Shown here: positions 59,026 to 64,000 of the stretch, piece by piece
Layout: every line of letters begins with the position of its first letter
Position numbering within the stretch: the first letter of the stretch is position 1
Assembly: GCF_009914755.1 (NCBI RefSeq)
Contig: NC_060925.1
Reading direction: 5' to 3' (one strand)
Length of the DNA stretch: 64,000 bases
From: the human T2T-CHM13v2.0 reference genome, Homo sapiens
The notes under the pieces: generated by a model
What the model was told of the DNA's origin: nothing
What the model saw: only the letters and a program-made list of their open reading frames with translations
The model's database searches: none
Position numbers and translations under genes: made by a program

Positions 59026-61414
59026 CAAGCATACTTTGATAATATTGCAGGTTCAGTTCCAGACCACAGCAATAACATGAATGTCATCATAAAGTGAGTC
59101 ACACAAAGTGTTTGTTTCCCAGTGCATATAAAAGTTGTATGTACATAATACCATAGTCTATTCAGTGTGCAATAGCGTATGTCTAAAAAGCAATGTACAT
59201 ACCTTAATTAAACATATTTTATTCCTAAAAAAAATGCTAATGATCACCTGAGCCTTTAGCAAACTGTAATCTTTTTGCTGTTGTAGGGCTTGCCTCAATG
59301 CTGATGGTGGCTGCTGGAGGTTAGCGTGGCTCTGGCAATTTCTTAAAATAAGACAACAATGAAGCTTGACACATTGATTAACCCTTCCTTTCGTTAAAGA
59401 TTTCCCTGTAGCATGCAATGCTGTTTGCATTTTGTCAAAAGTAAAACCTCTCAAAATTGGAGTCAATCCCTTCAAACCCTGCTGCTGCTTTATCAACTAA
59501 GTTTATGTAATATTCAAAATTCTTCATTGTCATTTCAACAATGTTCACAGCATCTTCACTAGGAGTAGTTTCCATCTCTAGAAGCCACTTTCTTTGCTCT
59601 TCCATAAGAAGCAACTCCTCATCTATTCAAATTTGATCCTGAGATTCCAGTAATTCAGTCACATCTTTAGACTCCACTTCTAATTGTAGCTCTCTTGCTA
59701 TTTTGATCACATCTGCAGTTACTTCTTCCACTGACATCTTAAATTCTTCAAAGTCATTCATGACTTTGAGGGTTGGAATCAGCTTCTTCCAAACTCCTTT
59801 TAATGTTGATGTTTTGACCTTCTCCCGTGAATTACAAATGTTCTTAATGACATCTAGCATAGTGATTCCTTTCCAGAAGGTTTTCAATTTACTCAGGCCC
59901 ATCAGAGGAATTACTATCTGTGGCATCTATAGCCTATGAAATGTGTTCCTTAATACAAAATAATAATAAGATTGAAAGTCAAAATTACTCTTTGATCCAC
60001 AAGCTGCAGAAAGGATGCTGTGTTAGCAGGTATGAAAATAGCATTAATCTCCTTGTATGTCCCCATCAAAGCTCTTGAATAGTTAGGTGCCTTGTCAACG
60101 ACCAGTAATATTTTGAGAGAATCTTTTTTTCTAAGCAGTAGGTCTCAACAATGCACTTAAAATATTCAGTAAACCACGCTGTATACAGATATGCTGTCAT
60201 TCAGGCTTTGGTGTTCCATTTATAGAGCACAGATGAGTACATTTAGCACAATTCTTAAGGGCCCTAGGATATTCAGAATGGAAATGAGCATTGACTTCAA
60301 TTTAAAGTCACCAGCTGCATTAGATGCTAACAAGAGAGTCAGCCTGTCCTTTGAAGCTTTAAATCCAGGCATTAATTTCTCTTACCCACTTATGAAAATC
60401 CTAGATGACATATTTTTCCAATATAAAGCTATTTCATCTACACTGAAAATCTGTTGTTTGGTGTAGCCACCTTCATTAACGATCCTAGGCTGGATCTTCT
60501 GGATAACTTGCTGCAGCTTCTCCATCAGCACTTGCTGCTTCACCTTGAACTTTTATGTTACACCAATGCCTTTTTTCCTTAAATCTCATGAACAAACTTC
60601 TACTAGCTCCCAACTTTTCTTCTGCAGCTTCCTCCCATCTCAGCCTTCATTGAATTAAAAAGACTCAGGGTCTTGCTCTGGATTTTAGGCTTTGGCTTAA
60701 AGGAATGCTATGGCTAGTTTGATCTTCTATCCAGACCACTCAAACTTTATCCATATCAGCAACAAGGCTCTTTTTCTTCCTTATCATTCATGTGTCCACT
60801 GGAGTTGGCACTTTTAATTTCCTTCAAGAACTTTTCTTTTGCATTTACAACTTGGCTAAGTATTTGGTGCAAGAGGCCTACATTTTGGCCTGTCTTGGCT
60901 TTCAATGTGTCTTCCTCACTAAGCTTAATCATTTCTAGTTTTTTATTTAAAGTGAGAGATGTTAAACTCTTCCTTTCAGTTGAACCCTTAGAGGTCATTG
61001 TAGGGTTATTAGATGGCATAGTTTCAATATTGCTGTGGCTCAGGGAATAGGGAGGCCCTAGGAGAGGGAAAGAAATGGGGAAACGGCCAGTTGGTGGAGC
61101 TGTCGGAACACACAAAATTTCTCAAGTTGGTTCACCATCTTATATTGTTGTGGTTCATGGCACCCCAAAACAATTATAATAGTAATATCAAAGATCACTG
61201 ATCATCATAATAGATATAATGATAATGAAAAAGTTTGAAGTATTGCAAAAATCACCACAATGTGATACAGAGACACAAAGTGAGCACATGCTGTTGGAAA
61301 AATAGCACCAATAGACTTACTCAGCACAAGGTTGCCACAAACCTTGAACTTGTAAAAATATGTAATACCTGCAAGGTACAATAAAGCAAAATGCAATAAA
61401 GTGAAGTAAGTCTG
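59026..61414 (-). mobile_element. Near full-length Tigger1 (pogo-family) DNA transposon with disrupted transposase
   Basis: Ends 'caagcatactttgataatattgcagg' and rc 'cagacttacttcactttattgc'; ~2.39 kb; ORF fragments 60756-61115 ([11 protein letters not shown]...[17 protein letters not shown]) and 59627-59926 (LKTFWKG...GVWKKLIP...DFEEFK) are TIGD1/Tigger1-like. Confidence 0.93.
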
Positions 61415-61697
61415 CATTGCTCTTTGAACTGCTTAAATATTTTTAATGTTTACAAACCTCTCTTTTAAACCTAAAAATGGTGTTTAGTACTGTAATTATC
61501 AAATGCTCATATTCAAAAACATATACTTAGAAATGTTATTTTGTTTCTGTTTTTGTTTTGAGTCAACCATCTCAGTCTATTAAAACTCATTCCCTCTGGG
61601 TAGACTTCCTAGATGTCACCTCATCTCATTCAGCAGCTAAAAGACCCCTCCTCTGATCTTTCACAGTTCTTTTACTCCCCCATTTTACTTAATATCC

Positions 61698-62665
61698 TGT
61701 GGTAGGCAGAATTCTAAAACCACCCCTAAGATTCTCACCTCCTGGTGTACACAGCTATATAAACCCCCTCGCTTCAGTATGACAAAGACTTATGAATATG
61801 GTAGGATTTCACATATGTGATTAGGTTACATTCTGTAGCAAAAGTGTAGGGATTTTGCAGATGTAGTTAAAGTTCCTAATCAGTTGACTTTGAGTTTTAA
61901 AAGGGGGATTACTGTGGGTGGGCCTGACCTCATCAGGTGAGCCCTTTCAAAGAGGATCCGCTCATTCCCTGAAGGAAGAGAATCCGTGCAAAAGAGGTCC
62001 TCCTCCTGGCCTTGAGGAAGCACAAAGCTACGATGTGAACTGCCTATCATGAGGGCCACATTGAAGGGAGTGACAAGTGACCTTTAGGGGCTGAGGACAA
62101 AGATTCAAATTCTGCCAACAATCACGTCAGCTTGAAGAGGACCCCCGCTTCAGAGGAGAACATAGCTGTATTAGTCCGCTTTCATGCTGCTGATAAAGAC
62201 ATACCTAAGACTGGGTAATTTATAAAGAAAAAGAGGTTCAGTGGACTCACAATTCCACATGGCCGGAGAGGCTTCACAATCATGGTGGAAGGTGAAAGGC
62301 ATGTATTATATGGTGACAGGCAAGAGAGAACATGTGCAGGGGAACTCCCGTTTATAAACCATCAGATCTCGTGAGACTTATTCACTATCATGAGAACAGC
62401 ACAGGAAAAATCTGCCCCCATGATTCAATTACCTCCTACCAGTTCCCTCCCACAACACATGGGGATTCTTACAATTCAAGGTGGGATTTGGGTGGGGACA
62501 CAGAGCCAAACCATATCAACAGCCAACTCAGCCTCTTGATACCCTGAGCAGAAAATCCAGCTGAGCTGTACCCAGGCTTCTGACCCACAGAAGCCATGAG
62601 ATAAGGAATGGGTGTTGTTTTAAGCCACAAAGTCTGGGATACTTGTTTCCTGGCAGTAGAAACTA
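61698..62665 (+). mobile_element. MLT1 (D/E/F-like) LTR split by THE1
   Basis: 'tgtggtaggcagaattctaaa', 'gggattttgcagatgtagttaaagttcctaatcagttgactttgag', end 'gtgttgttttaagccac'. Confidence 0.8.
62167..62518 (-). mobile_element. THE1 (B/C-like) solo LTR
   Basis: 'tgtattagtcc...gctgataaagacatacc...gatttgggtggggacacagagccaaaccatatca'; 5-bp TSD atagc/acagc. Confidence 0.92.
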
Positions 62666-63082
62666 CGACGGATCCGATGTGTCTCCCCCACCAGATTCCG
62701 ATCCATTCAGCCACAAACACTGATTGTGGACCTACTATGTGCCTTGCATTTCCATTAGCCCTGGGGAAATTAAGGCAGTTACACAATACAGTAACCCCAG
62801 CACTCCATTCGGTTGATGCAGAGTCACTCAATGAACGTTTGCTGAATGAAGGAGCTGAAAATATCCCACAAAAAATTCACAAGTATTTGCTCATGTCCCA
62901 GATGAACTTCTGACAGCTCCCATGTTTTTCCTAAGGCTATCCCATTTATAGTTGTGTGAGGTTTTTTTTTCTATTTCTTGTGTAACAATAATAGTTGTTC
63001 CATATGGGAAAGGATGTATTTAGAAAATGTGTTGGATATTATACAACAGATTCAGAAGTCCTGCCATACAAAAATGTCTTGA

Positions 63083-63446
<364 letters not shown>

Positions 63447-63656
63447 ACCTCCTCTACTTTTTTAATGGAAATACTCGATAATATTTATCATCACCCAGTT
63501 TGGGAAAATTTCTGCTTAAAATCACAAGTCATTAACACCTGGAAACCTCTCATCAGCCAGGAGGGCATCCTTAGCTCTGGCAACTGCAGCCAGAGGGGTG
63601 GGACCAGTTAGGAGCTGAATCCTTAAATCAGTTTCTGATGAAATCCAGGATGCCCC

Positions 63657-63961
<305 letters not shown>

Positions 63962-64000
63962 TTAAAAATCCAGGATGCCCATCTCACGCTCCTCTCTCCT

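Noticed and set aside
59158-61417. TIGD1-like ORFs
   Set aside because: Fragmented Tigger1 transposase with stops and frameshifts

Overview
Primate (human-like) non-coding genomic DNA, intronic or intergenic, and dense in interspersed repeats. It holds about 24 Alus, three L1PA/L1PB 3' fragments with target-site duplications (TSDs), a near full-length Tigger1, MER53/MER20/MER58B/MER3/MER30/MER63A/MER102/MER5 DNA elements, MST/THE1/MLT/LTR16 solo LTRs, many MIR/L2 relics and several simple repeats. I recognise no protein-coding exon and cannot name the gene or locus. The ORFs in the supplied track are repeat-derived (Alu, L1 ORF2, Tigger1 transposase) or chance. I found no convincing new biological system. 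The most unusual structures are: a rearranged, partly inverted local copy of an LTR16-type element with uneven divergence (10.0-11.2 kb); a templated copy of a MER58B segment (19.0 kb); a perfect 58-bp palindrome inside a ~560-bp AT tract (8.2 kb); a miR-1302-like MER53 hairpin (4.0 kb); and three RFX X-box elements, one in a promoter-like GC-rich segment with a minus-strand splice donor (46.1-46.3 kb). Repeat subfamily names come from recalled consensus sequences, and most boundaries are approximate.
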